Assembly: GCF_000143415.4 (NCBI RefSeq)
Contig: NW_003314310.1
Span: 223,904 to 287,903, forward strand
DNA length: 64,000 nucleotides
Reading direction: 5' to 3'
From: Selaginella moellendorffii
Taxonomy: Eukaryota; Plantae; Lycopodiophyta
In this document: one piece after another, positions 24,345 to 37,931 of the stretch
How positions within the stretch are numbered: position 1 is the first letter of the stretch
Layout of the letters: each line of letters starts with the position of its first letter
Translations under genes and position numbers: made by a program
The notes under the pieces: generated by a model
Told to the model about the DNA's origin: nothing
The model's input: only the letters and a program-made list of their open reading frames with translations
Databases searched by the model: none

Positions 24345-27300
24345 GGTTCCACACCACTGTCCTATAGACACATGGCATGTGATACATTGTATATGACATG
24401 TGGCACATGGAGGGTTTAGGTTCCGCTTCGTGGTGTTATCCTATGGTAAATCACCATAGGATAAAGGGTAAAAACTATGTATGTTACAGTTGGTATCAGA
24501 AAATGAGTCTCAGCGAGTACTATTCAATGAGTTTGGGCAACTAGTCTCGTTGCATACGCAGAGATGAAAATGATGATCCGAGTGGGTACATGTTTGGGTG
24601 TAAAGGCTTCGCAATTGTTCCTTAGGTATGGATTTTGTTACCTTTTTGTACCATATTATATGAGCTTTCGCTTGGACTTATAAGAGGGATTGAGATGTTC
24701 CGTTTGCATGAGTTTATGCTAGAGCTTGTGAGTGAGGCACATTAGCAACTCGAAGATACACTTTGAGTTGGCAGGATTAATGTTAGCTTATCGGTGGTTC
24801 CATGAGTTGTTCCAGTGGTTCCATGAATTGTTCCAAGTATTGTGAGTGAAAGTAAACCTTCTCTAGGTTTGTTATAAGTGGTAAATAGGCTGGTTCGTAA
24901 CTATTTAGCACAGCACTAGTGGATCCTTCCTAGGCATGATTACAAGTGGATCAATCAAGACTATAGGGATTAATCTATTGGTTTAAGTAGTCATTGCTGT
25001 GCTTTCTTATAAACTTTTCTTGGATTGGACTGAAGGCAGTGCGAACGCAAGCTTGAGGTTTAGTTAAAGATGAGACTGAAAAGAGAGTTGTCAAGGACGA
25101 AGGATCAAACACATAAATCATTTTCTCTCCTTGGAGATATGATTTACAATGAGGTGTGACTCATTGCTCATGTTCACAATATGCAATCAAGAGTCTCTAC
25201 CTTGATGCATGTTGGAATTGATGGTCTTACAAATGATGATTTATGTGATGAATAGCAGTGAAACGCTATACCATTTTGTCTAGGCTTGCTATTGAAAGAC
25301 TTGGGTTGCAATGCTCAATTCTTTTCCAAGGAACCTTGTTGTTGCTCCTTGAGTAGCTCAGTCTTGGATTAGTTTTAAGTTTGGTAAAAAAGAGAGTGGC
25401 ATGAGCTTGTCTGTGTTGTGAACAAAAGTTAGTGGTATTGGGTGTTATAAATTTCTATCAATGAGGTGTAGCATTTATGTTGCATTTTGTTGAATTGAGT
25501 TGGCACTTGATAGTCACATAAATCTTTAAAGTAGTGACATGGGCATTGCTCGTAGTGTTGCTCAATTGATGATCAAGTCATTGTGATATTTATATCATAT
25601 CCATGTGATTGTGAGTAATGTGTTTACGAAGTTGTTTGGTTAAACAATGATTAACCCCAAAGTGGTTGATAGTGAAGCTAGTCTATTTGCACGTAGTAGC
25701 ATTGTAGTAGCTTTAACTGGATTTTCGGTGGTGGTCCATTATGCTAAGTTTAAGTTGGTATGTTGTTTCCTTGAGTTTGCCCATTAAGGTGTTGGAAAAG
25801 GGTTATAGCATTCATTTGCTATAGCTTGTCGGTTTATCCGTTAGCATTTGGAGTAGATTATTGGATGGAAGAGTGTAGTTAAAGCATTGACATCACTAAC
25901 ACTTGTGTTAGTAGAAGTGGCATTGTTGTTCAAGTGATAAGGAATTTTCCTTAAAGCTTGATTTTCCATGTCATTTTTCTTGTTAATGTTTAGGCTTCAC
26001 ATTGGATCTTGAAAGTGATTGAAGAAGAGAGTTAGTGCAATGTGGATATCTGAAGATGTGGTCTTTGTGATCAAGCTTTAGATATTTATTTTACATTTTA
26101 CGGATGTCGGTGTTAGATGTCAGAAAAAAAATGGGCAAAGATGTTTGAGGCTTAAGCATACTATGGGTCATGAGAATTGATGTTGAGGTGAATCTATGTG
26201 AAGTTGTAGGTAGGAGGAAGTTGGTTGAGTCTTGAAAGTTTGTATTCTTGGACTGAGAGTCATTTTTTCTCTGGGATGGAAAATTTTCCATAAATTATTT
26301 TAAGCTTTTTCAATAGCTGATCTGTTGATCACTTTGCTCGAAAACCATTCCATTTTCGTAAGCCAGTACAAACTAGTGAAGGGGTTAGAGTTGCTTTTGG
26401 TTGGCTTAAACCTTAATAGATAGTTTGTATGATGTAACCCGAAAAGGATGTTGACTTTTGGATCTAAAACAATTGAGTTGGATAGAGTCTGGAGTTAGTG
26501 TAAAAAAGTGGCTGTTGCGCTTTTTTAAGAAGGGTGACCTTTGTGCTTTTCTTCTATAGCATTATGCTTGGTGGCAAGTTGCATTTTGCATTTTGTTAAG
26601 ACTCTATGAGAGTAGTGAGCTCTCACTAATCTTGACTTGGTCTTGGTGGTCTTGTACCTTGGCTGAGGATGGTGATATCCAACTTAGTTGTTTGAGGTTG
26701 AGATGTTGGTACCCATACTATAGCTTTGTCTATGAAGAGGTTGTGTATCGATTTGAGTCCATCTCATGGTCTTCACTTTAGTTTCGACCAAGTGTTGATC
26801 ATGCATAGCTAGCCTCTTCAATGCATGCTCGGAGCTATTGGCTAAATGTGTTGGTGAGCTTATTACTGTTAAATTGGATTTGAGTAGTCATTTAATTCGT
26901 GTTTGTCCATGAACCTTTATCTCATGTTTGAGGTATTACATTCATGTTGGATAAGTATATGACTTGATGATATGAGTTTAGTGTTTGGGTCTTGTAAAGG
27001 TAAGTTGAAAAGTGATTGTTGGTTGCTTTGTGACTAGTGATTACTTGTAGACTTTGTCAAGGATTTTTGATACTTGCTTCACTCGATGAAGGTTTAGTAG
27101 TGATGGGTTTGCTTTATCGGATGGTGTTGCGGAGGATCATGTCGTTAAACTTGCATGGGTTTTCCATGTTAGCATATCAACTCTACCTCTGTCGATATCA
27201 TTTAGTTGCGTTCAGTTTGTAATGCTGGATTTCATTGAGTCTTGAACGTGGTGATTTACTCCTTGATGAAGTGTTATCTATAACTGAGTATTGTTGAAGA

Positions 27301-27490
27301 ACTAATCTCGGATACCAAGTAAAGTATCTTTGACTTTGGTTAGCTTGGTTGCTAGAGAACTTTAGGTGGTGATTCACTCTTGCTTATTTCTAGCTTTGTT
27401 ATGGTGTTGATAGCATTGAAGTGATGCTTTATCATTGACATTGTTGGTGTTGAAATTTGAGTGAAATGAGATGTCTCTCTGAAAAATTGA
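24345..27490 (+). mobile_element. Highly degenerate LTR-retroelement-like sequence
   Basis: ...CA-GT-TGGTATCAGA (PBS-like) at 24487-24500. The rest is T/G-skewed, CpG-poor and has no recognisable ORF. Confidence 0.4.
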
Positions 27491-28110
27491 TATTGAGTTT
27501 CATTAGTCTCAAGCTTCGTGTATAGGCCGTATTTCCACAGCTTTGCCAGCACCTTGCACACATGCTTGTTGTGCTCCTCTTGAGTTCTTGAGTAGATGAG
27601 GATGTCATCGAAGTAGACGATCACCATCTGATCAAGAAACTCTCAAAAGATGTCGTTTGCCATATGTTGAAAACTGTTGGAGCATTTTTCAAGCCAAACA
27701 GCATGACAGTGTACTCAGAGTGGCCATAGTAGGTTCGAAATGCAGTCTTCCATTCATCACCAGGCTGGATCTAAATCAAATTGTATGCTCTACAGAGGTA
27801 GATCTTGGTGAAGAAGCGGGCACCATCGAGGCGTTCCAACAAGTCCGAGATCAGGGGCAGCAGATAACAATTCCGAATAGTCACCTTGTTCAAACCTCAG
27901 TAGTCAATGACTAGCCGCAATCTCCCATCCTTCTTCTTGACAAAGAAGACAGGTGCTCCAGCTAGGGACTGCAAATGTTGAATATACCCCGATGCAAGGT
28001 TCTCGTCCACATACTTTTTGAGGGCCTTAAGCTCGAACGGGGATAACCTGTAGATAGGCCCCCACGGAAGTGACACTCCTTCCTGTAAATCAATGGGACA
28101 GTTGTAAAGC
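27490..28110 (-). pseudogene. Tcn1-like chromovirus reverse transcriptase fragment (inverted relative to the rest of the element)
   Basis: PWGPIYRLSPFELKALKKYVDENLASGYI...[32 protein letters not shown]. Confidence 0.88.
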
Positions 28111-28119
28111 CAGTTTCCC

Positions 28120-30020
28120 ATCGGTGTTATGCTGTCTCAACTCAAAGCGGATCAGGAATTTCATCCAGTCGCTTTCCATTCTCAAAAATTCCAGCCTATG
28201 GAGATCAATTATGAAATCCACGACAAGGAGCCCCTTGCTATTGTGGATTCCTTTGGAGAGTGGTGTCATTTCTTGGAGGGGCGAGCCATCAAACAACGGT
28301 CTGGATGGATCACAAAAGTCTCAAGTTCTTTGCCACTTCCCAAGTTTTGAGCCATCGTCAGGCAAGGTGGGCACAATTCCTGAGTCGGTTTAACTTTGTT
28401 AGAAAGTACAAACCTGGAAAGCTTCAGGGCCTTCCTGATGCTCTTTCAAGGAGCTCCTATCTCAGTCTCAGGCTTGGTAATCCTGCCTTCGATCAACAGG
28501 ATTAGGTTATCCTCGGTCTTGATCAGCTTCAAATTATAGCAATTTCCCTGGCCCCTCAGGACTCCTCCTTGATGGACGTGATCAGAAACGATCTTCAATC
28601 TGATGACCTCGCCAATGGCATTTTCCCCCATCTTTAGGCTGGACAATCAGTGACTCCTGACTGCCGGCAATTTGACGAGTTTGAGTTCTTAGATGGCTTG
28701 TTGTACCATGGGGAGCAGCTTTACGTTCCTGAAGGTGATGCTCGAAGGTTGGTCCTGATGGTGTGCCACAATAACCCGACTGCTGGTCACTTCAGCATTG
28801 TGAAAACCTATAAGCTGGTTGCACGGGATTTTTGGTGGCCTCACATAGATGACTACATCAAAGCTTTTGTTACCTCCTGTGACACTTGCACCCGAAATAA
28901 GGTACCTTGCGACCTTCCTTCAAGTTTGCTTCGTTCCCTTCTAGTCCCTTCAGGTCCTTGGGAATCCATCTCCATGGATTTCTTGAGTGATCTTTTGAGT
29001 TCTAGAGGCTTCAACAGCATTTTAGTCATGGTGGATCACTTCACAAAGATGGCGCACTTCCTGCCATGTAATAAGGAGTTTTCGGGTGAGGACATGGCAA
29101 AACTAGTATTCAGGGAAATTTTCCAACTTCATGGGATTCCTGCAAATGTGGTTTCGGATTGGGGACCTCATTTCATCTCTCATTTTTGGCAACGGTTCTT
29201 GCAGTTGCTTGGAGTGAAAGCCAACCTCTCTTCGGCATATCATCCTCAAACTAATGGACAATCCAAGCGAACGATTTAGACGTTGGAACAATTCCTAAGG
29301 TGCTTCATCAACTATCATCAGGATGATTAGTTCGATATCCTTCTCCTTGCTGAGTTCTCCTATAACAACTCCGTTCACTCCTCCCTTCAAGTTTCCCCCT
29401 TCTTTGCAAACTCTGGCCGAAATCCCCGATTCAATCTCTCACTTCCTTCTCCATCTGAATCCTCTTGTTCAAATCCCCGCTCTGAGGCATTTGTTTCCAA
29501 CCTCTAGGAAATCCACAACTCCATCTCCTTCCACCTCCATCATGCTCAGGAATCTCACAAAATATTCGCTAATGTCCATCGTCAGGATTGTCCCCCTTAC
29601 AATTTCGAGGATAAAGTTTGGCTCGTCTGGCAAAATATCTCCACCACCAGGCCATGTCCCAAACTCAATTTTAAATGCCTTGGTCCTTTCCCTATCATTG
29701 CTATCATTAATCCTGTCACTTATCACTTTGCACTTCCCTCCTCATATCAAATTCACCCCGTTTTTCACTCCTCTTTCCTTAAACTTTATATTTCCAATCC
29801 TATTCCAAATCAGGTCATTCCTCCGCCTCCACCAGTGCAGCTCGAGGATGGGTCTGAGTACAAGGTTCAAGACATCCTTGATTCCAAGATCTCAGGGTCT
29901 AAACTCTATTATCTGGTAGACTGGAACGGTTATGGACCTGAGGAACACACTTGGGAACCTGCGGACAATCTAATTCATTCTCCTGACCTTGTTTAGGACT
30001 TTCACTGCCTCTATCTTTCT
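28120..30020 (+). pseudogene. Tcn1-like chromovirus RNase H-integrase-chromodomain
   Basis: [16 protein letters not shown] (RH), PWESISMDF/HPQTNGQ (INT), EYKVQDILDSK..YLVDWNGYGPEEHTWEP (chromodomain, ~29856-29970). Confidence 0.9.
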
Positions 30021-30130
30021 TGTCCTAGTCCTTATTCTTTTCATTCTCCATCTTCCGTCCCTCGACGCCCATTTCATCCTCCTCTTCATTCTCATTTATG
30101 TCCTCATTCCACTCATTCTTGAGGAGGTGT

Positions 30131-30491
30131 TGTCAGGAATCCCCCAATTCTTGCCACATTCCTAACTCTTGCCGGATTCCTGACCCGCAGACCACATTCC
30201 TAACTCTTGAGACACTTCCTTATTCCTAACTCTTTGATTTCCCATATGATTCCTGATTCTCGAACCACATTCCTAATGATGATGTGGTGCCTCCTCAACC
30301 TCAACTATATTTAGGCCATCCTCGATCCAAGAGTGGTGGAGCTTCATCAACCTATAGTATATATAGGTTAGCTTTGTTCCATTTCTCCACAATCTAAATC
30401 AATGCCATTCTAAGGCTTCTTCTTTGTCTCCACTAACTTTTCTCTTTGTCTTCTACATTTTCCAGTCCTAATCTTGTTGGGGGTCTTGACA
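30131..30491 (+). repeat. 3' LTR of the Tcn1-like element
   Basis: TGTCA...TGACA termini, preceded by the purine tract GAGGAGG. Confidence 0.75.
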
Positions 30492-32499
30492 GATGTCAGT
30501 CTCTAGAAATCACTCAAACTGGTACTTCATTGGATTTTTTCAGTGTGCAAGATTGATGCAAAGTGAATGGAAGTTAACAAAGGCACAGGTATCATTAAGA
30601 ATGGTGTAGCCAGTGTTTGTACTTTAAAATTATCATCTATCATCAACCAAGTTACAGTGTTCCTAAATTTCAAAGAAGATACGAAGATGATTAGAATGCC
30701 TCCTTTGAACTATCAATATGAGTGTTTCATAGAGAAAAAAGAAGAAAATAAAAATGAATTCCTCAAAGACTATCAAGCTTAAAGTGAAAGAAAGTATTTT
30801 CCTTGCTTGAAGTGAAGCCAAAGTTTGGTGGAGAGTCTTGTATGAGACTTTGAGGTTATAATAAAACAATGGATAAATACAACTATGCAGCAAGCTTATA
30901 GATAATATATTGTACAAATAGAAAATAAAAGCACACTGTGGAATAGAAAATGAAAGTGCATAATACTTTAATCAGCCTTGAAGGTGACAACTTTTGGTGA
31001 GCTCTAATAAGAAGTGGTCTGTTGGTGGCTTCTATCTCTCTAAAATTTTGATTGCCCCAAGCATCCGAGTAGAAGTGAACATTTTTAGAAAATAACTAGA
31101 AGTGAGACCATATGCTTGGTCTATATAAGTGTCCTCCATGCAAACATTTTGGGGGTGGCCACTATCTGGATAGAATTGGCCATGGATCCACAAAGTTTGA
31201 AAGAACGTTCATTCATTCTCGCAATTGGTGATACCAACCAGTATCTCGCATTTATTTCTTGACCTAAACTTTTTGCAAACATAGCAGCCACAACAAATAG
31301 AAATTTCTTGAGGGTTTTCAGGGATGAAGTGGCCATGCACCTATTGACAAAACATGCACTATGAACCACTAGTAAACATCAAATTGAGTGGAAATCATAA
31401 TTGCCATACCAAGATAGTACATATATAAGAAGTGGCTCACCACCTGAATGAAGATGTAGATCTACAATATGAACACATGCATATTGTGTTTCCTCAAAGG
31501 AAGCAATCAAATTCCATACGCTACGGTCTAAAATGCTATATAATTTGCCCTTAGCTAAAAAATCCCATTACAAACCCATAACTAAATAAAAACATTCTAA
31601 AATTAAGTAGTACAGGGCACTTGGCTGGAAGTGTGTGTGTGAATGCCTGGATCTGGCCATAGAGAAGGTTTAAAAAGAAAAAAAGCCAAGTGCCAATACT
31701 TGCTAAAATAGCAAAAGGACTTTAAAAATGTAATGGTTGTTTGAAGTCTTTTTGCACACTTATTCCTCAAGTTGTAAAGCACTATATTGGAATAGACTAA
31801 GTACCTAAAGCATTAAGCTGTGTAGGGTGCTTAGATCCTAGAAAGAAAGTGATTAAATTCTGCCTTATCAAGATGAACACAAACTTGGCTCACTAAGAAA
31901 AAGAGGTGCCATGGCAACCAACATTTACCTAATATAACAATAGCAAATGTTCTAACTGTTAGCTATCCGAATCTTTATATGGTAGAGCCAAAAGCAACAC
32001 TTAAGAGTTCTATGGTGACATCCAACACAAGCTTGTATGCAAGCAAGTGATGGATCCAAGCTTCCATATCTACATCACCTAGAACTTGTTGCTACTGTGA
32101 AGAGATATCATCTGGCAATGACTGGTAATTATAATCTACATGGTCTTGAGACCCCACATTAGAATCACTGGCTACCACTGCCATTGGAAAGAGAGATCCT
32201 AAATGAGGCAATTGATTAACTTTGGGTTAATCACAGCCATTGGCCCAAAGCCCTACTTAATTTTTGCCATGTCATTAGGCACATGCAAAACTTGCAATAG
32301 CTTTTTCGCTTGATAGGACAAATGACAGGTGTAGTCATGGTCAACACTTTGCATGCGACACATGTTGCAGTGCCTTCCTCTCCCGCTGCGCCCCACGCAG
32401 CTTGGCCTGTCATTCAATGCAGCAAACATCAGCACTCCCTCCACCAGCACCCCATTCTCTGGTTGGATGCACAATCCTAGCTTGTCCGCTTGTGCTGTG

Positions 32500-32850
32500 A
32501 GCCCGAGGGTGGCAGGACTGGGAAATGCCCCTCATCTTTCTTCTACGGGATGCAGCTCTTGCAGCTCACCACGCAATCATTGAATTCATCCACCACCTTG
32601 TTCTTGAAAATGTCTCCGCATTGTATCTGAAAGTATTCGTGAATCACAACGATCAATCGATCCAAAAGAAGTTTTACAGAAAATCTCAAGACTTACCTGG
32701 CACTCAGTCTCATCAGGTCAATCGTTACAAGTTTGCAAGCATAGAGGATTTGAAATGCATCAAGCAAGCTCCAATCTAGAGAGAGAGAAAAAAACACTTG
32801 TCTTTCTTGAAGGACAAAAGAGAAGAATAAAATTACCGGCATTGCTTCCT
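32500..32850 (-). pseudogene. VDE: Violaxanthin de-epoxidase gene fragment (Cys-rich N-terminal region, two introns)
   Basis: Spliced reading KQCR|LELA*CISNP..CLQTCND*PDETECQ|[39 protein letters not shown] introns at 32776-32836 and 32627-32696. Confidence 0.88.
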
Positions 32851-33519
32851 GAAAAACTCCTAGCGATCCTAGAAGACAATCTTGAGAAGTATAACCTGCT
32901 TATAGTTTTTCTTTGGCTGCTTGATCCCCAATCTTTCTACAGCCCTCTTGCTCAAGCAATGCTGCTGCCAGGCGAGCCTAGTACCTAGAGGAGCACAGCA
33001 TTCATCGCAAAAATGGATAAAAAGAAAATGAGAGAAAGATACCTGGTCACCACATCTAGAACTCTTCCAAACTGGCACATTGTCATGAAATCCAGCACCT
33101 GCCCAAAGATCTTAAACATCTCCATGCCGAAGATCTTGTTGCTATGGCCAATGAACACTATGTTCCAGTTGAGTAGTGCGTCTGGATGCTGTGACACCTT
33201 GCTCCACCACCAGGAGGATGATCGATCCTGCTCTAGTCGCTAGATCTTCCTCATGGCCTTGGGCTGCTGCTGCTGCTCGAGCAATCTTGATGCCTAGATG
33301 ATAGTTGTTGTCACGGTCAACACTTTGCATGCGACACACATCACTGCGCCTTCTTCTCCCACCCCATGCAGATTGGCTGCCTCTCAATGGCCGGGAGCAA
33401 ACATTAGCGTGATTATTCACTAACATATGGTTAAAGAAATAACCCCTTTACAGTTACCCCCTTATCAGACAGCTGCGATTGGCTGGATCTGGCAGCCCAA
33501 ATTCCAATGCCATGTGGTG

Positions 33520-36500
33520 ATGTGCATCTTGATAAAGCCATATAAAGTTGCCCATGAGTGAAAACTGGGTGGGGCAAGTAAACTCCAACTCAGTCAAATG
33601 TCTGTCCTTGGCATTTAAAGATTGTTAAGCAATAACCTAAATGGATTGGAAATTGTTTTCTGGACATTTCGAACAGAATTTTTGTATTTGATGGTATTAG
33701 TGTGATATGTGGGATAAAAACTCTTGTCCCTTTAAATTTCCCCATCACAATTTCACAGTCTAAAACATTTGGTAGTGCATTTTTCAAAATGAGACATGTG
33801 CCATTGCACAGTCCTGCTAATGGAGACATATTCCTTAGGAGGATAAAAATAGCACTTTGTTTGAAAGAGAGTTTATGTGGTGGGAGACCAAAAGGTGTGA
33901 TAAAATTTAGGGATTCTATTGGAAAATTCTTAGGATGTTTAGTGTTAACAAATCAACACTTTTGTAGATATATGTATCACCTTGTAATCTAGAGATAATA
34001 GTGTTATTGATTGCAAATGTGTCATTGTTAAGTGGGGTAAGTATGACTTGATAGGGTTTGAAATATCAAGTACTGAAGGGTAGACAAAATCAATAATAGA
34101 TGAATAAATTAGTTGTGTTTGAGGTAATAAAATGGAGTTAGAAGGTAAAGATGGTAAATTTGAAAATTTTCACCATTTCCGACTTTGAGAAGCCATTTAG
34201 CCCATGATTTATCACTTTCACCAAGTCACATATTTGTTTTCAAAGATAATTTTCTAAATAATCTCTATAATTTATTCATTCTTATAGAACTTGAAACAAT
34301 TTATGCCCTATGTCCATGTGAAATGACTGGAAGTGTCTATCTAATATCCCTGCTAGTGACAACAATTATGGCACCAAAAGGTAATGATGTATTTTTAGGT
34401 CTCGCAACACTCGATCAATAGTAGTGAATGCATGAGTGTGAAAAATACTTATTTTATCCCATAACAATACGTTAGTAGTTTTGATTCTTAATATCTACTT
34501 CACTATTAACACTTATAGTAAAATTTGATGTTTCATTTATTGGAATAGAAAATATAAAAGTAATGTGTGAAGATTGGCCATTATAAAGTAAAGTACTTGC
34601 AATTTTTGTCTAAGCCATGCTAACAACATTTATTTTCTTCAGTTGTAAAATATTTATAAGAGTGTTAAGAAGAAATGTTTTACCAGTACCACCAGGGCCA
34701 TCAATAAAAATGTATCGATTATGCTCAATTGGGTGATCAATAACATTAAAAATATCATAAAAAATATTTAATTTTTCTTGATTAAATTGAGGAATATTTT
34801 TGTTCAACATTTCGATATATTTGTGTTGAGTTGACATTATTTTCATCATCAAAATTTTCAAATTTGAAAGGTAGATGATAGTTTTGATTAATTTTGCTAT
34901 GCATTTTCATTTTAATATTTATATCATGTAAAGCATGTTTATAATGAAAAATTGGATTTTTTTGTATGAAATCCTTAGAGAGGAAGTCTTTAAATTTATC
35001 CCATAAAAAGTAAGGATCTTTTGGAGTGTAAAAGATATAAAGTAATACAAATAATTGTCTTAATTGTGATAGCATTCTAAAAATGCAAGCATCTTCTAAA
35101 CATTTTTTCCATTTGATATCATTAGTTATAAACCCCATTACATTTGCAACTTGTTGAAGTGTGTCATAATAAAATATTATTAACTATCTTGAGATCTTTG
35201 AAAAATGTAACACCTTTTTTATGGAGTAAGATGAAATGTAAATGATATAGTTCAACATTGGATGGTGACACATAATACATTTGGGGAATGACATTTTTTA
35301 TATGTCAAATTTGCCAATTATGAGTATGAGGGTTAAATGTATAATATAAAGGGCTTTCAAGATATATATATATTGTTTAGCATTTGGGTCATTTATATTT
35401 AATTTAAACCATTTTTTCAACATTGTATCATTTTAAGTAGCTCTTTGAAATGCCATTTGTTCAAAACCTTATATAAAATAAACGTTTTGAAAATTTGGAA
35501 GATGGATAAGAAGATGGATTATATGGGTCAAATAACCATGCATTTTAAATTTAAAAAGTCTGCATACTGCTTTTGGAGCTAATACATAACATTTATTTAA
35601 AAAGTTGAGATTTCATCCCAATTTAAAATATTATTAGGTTGTTGAGTTGCTGAATGGATTTCAATTGTAGCACAATCATAACCTTTATAAACATAATGAA
35701 ATAAGTATTTAATACTTTTTATAGTAGCACAAATCTTAATATTAATATGAGTATTATAATTTTTACAAAGGTATTTATTATATGGGAACTACCCAATGAT
35801 TATCAATATAGCACATATTTTTAGAAATGTGTGGCCATTATCAGGTCTATAATAATCTGGATATCCATCAACACTAAAAATAGTTTCATAATTAAATTTT
35901 TTTGGATAACCTTTTCAGCAAGTGCCATTTTCCATGCAAAGACTATTAGGGTAAAGAGCCCGCATGGACCATGTATCACATAAGAGGTAATTATTTTAGA
36001 AATTTTAGGTTCATTTTGAGGATTAAGCAATTGTGCCATTATGTATTGATTAATAGCACCATAGTTTTTAATCTTGTTTTCATGAGATAAAATCCCTAGA
36101 AAGTGACAATGTGGAAGGCCTCTCTTTTGAAATTCAGTTTCCATATATAAGAGCAATATGGTTTCCAAAAATATGTTTTTAGTAATATCATTCAGGAATT
36201 CTTTAAGCTTGATATAAAATACTTTAGAAACCAAGTCTGGATGATCTTTAGGGCCTTCATTTGGATGTAAATTTTTAGAAATTTCTTGCCATTCGGGATT
36301 GCATGTAAAAGTAATGAAAAGATTTAGCTTTGAAAAATGAGTAACTATAGCCATTACATTTTGATAATTTTGTTGCATTGCTCTAGGGTCACCACCAAAA
36401 CTTGAAGGTAAAATAATAATCTTGCCTGAATTTATATTTTCATTAGTAGCATGGTTTGCAACACAATCCATAAGACCAGTATGGATGTGTTGAAGGATGT

Positions 36501-37042
36501 GTTGATACAATATTATGATATATTTGACCATGGATTTTAAAGCAATAAGGACCATGACCTTTTACAATATCAATATTAGAAGACATAGATGCAAAAGCAA
36601 GAGCACTATTGTAGTTTTTAATATCAAATAGTAAAGGTGAAATTAGAGGTAGTATAACTTGGTTATTCTGGCAACATATTGAAGAGTTACAAACAAATGA
36701 TAAACTACCAATATTAAAATTTATAATGTTAAAGTCATTATAAATACTATGGCTTGCTAGTGTGGTATTCATGGGTGGGAGTGGTGGATTTAATATTGCT
36801 TGATATATGTAATCATCATAATGACATGCATATAAAGTTCTAGATGCTTCTGACTGTCCAACTGATTGGTGTATATAATCATTATCATGATTAATATTTT
36901 TGTGTATAGAATCATTATCATGATTATTTTGAACAGCTATAGTATGTGTATCATGATCAATCATAGTTTCAGAGGCATCTAAATCTCCATTAGATTGTTT
37001 ACTATGTCGTATGGCTCTCAAAAGATGGCAGAGGCAAGGCAT
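33520..37042 (-). mobile_element. Helitron Rep-helicase pseudogene
   Basis: LPSSFGG.PR.MQQNYQ, LFITFTCNPEW, EFQKRGLPHCH (HUH Rep); IDGPGGTGKTFL, GLCNGT, QFPI....[21 protein letters not shown] (Pif1 helicase). Confidence 0.93.
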
Positions 37043-37071
37043 TTTCAGTCAGTTTGATTATAGATTTGAAG

Positions 37072-37073
<2 letters not shown>

Positions 37074-37140
<67 letters not shown>
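37074..37140. repeat. (TA)n microsatellite
   Basis: Pure TA run. Confidence 0.98.
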
Positions 37141-37143
<3 letters not shown>

Positions 37144-37453
37144 AATTGAGTTTGTATAGAAGTTTATGCAAAATAAAAATGCAGACTACAGTTGGATATA
37201 TATAAAATTCACAACTATATAATGATCTGAAAGGAAAATATTAGACTTTTGAGAAGCACACTCAAGAACAACAAAATAACTCTAATGTTGTGTTTACCAA
37301 TCTCTTGCCTCATAATCCACAGCTTTGCAATTCTGAGCTGCAGCCCTAAGTGTTGCTCTTACACCAGCATCAGGTTACCTGGCACAGCATCCCAGACACC
37401 TTAAAAAAGCCCATAAGCATGCATTGTGGAAACGGGCCTTCAGATCTCGAAAA

Positions 37454-37931
37454 NNNNNNNNNNNNNNNNNNNNNNNNNNNNNNNNNNNNNNNNNNNNNNN
37501 NNNNNNNNNNNNNNNNNNNNNNNNNNNNNNNNNNNNNNNNNNNNNNNNNNNNNNNNNNNNNNNNNNNNNNNNNNNNNNNNNNNNNNNNNNNNNNNNNNNN
37601 NNNNNNNNNNNNNNNNNNNNNNNNNNNNNNNNNNNNNNNNNNNNNNNNNNNNNNNNNNNNNNNNNNNNNNNNNNNNNNNNNNNNNNNNNNNNNNNNNNNN
37701 NNNNNNNNNNNNNNNNNNNNNNNNNNNNNNNNNNNNNNNNNNNNNNNNNNNNNNNNNNNNNNNNNNNNNNNNNNNNNNNNNNNNNNNNNNNNNNNNNNNN
37801 NNNNNNNNNNNNNNNNNNNNNNNNNNNNNNNNNNNNNNNNNNNNNNNNNNNNNNNNNNNNNNNNNNNNNNNNNNNNNNNNNNNNNNNNNNNNNNNNNNNN
37901 NNNNNNNNNNNNNNNNNNNNNNNNNNNNNNN
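37454..37931. other. Assembly gap
   Basis: N run. Other gaps lie at 56208-56529, 59531-60345 and 61556-61724. Confidence 1.

Noticed and set aside
30500-32250. Short ORFs and a possible Helitron 3' end
   Set aside because: No recognisable domain and no convincing hairpin-CTRR terminus.
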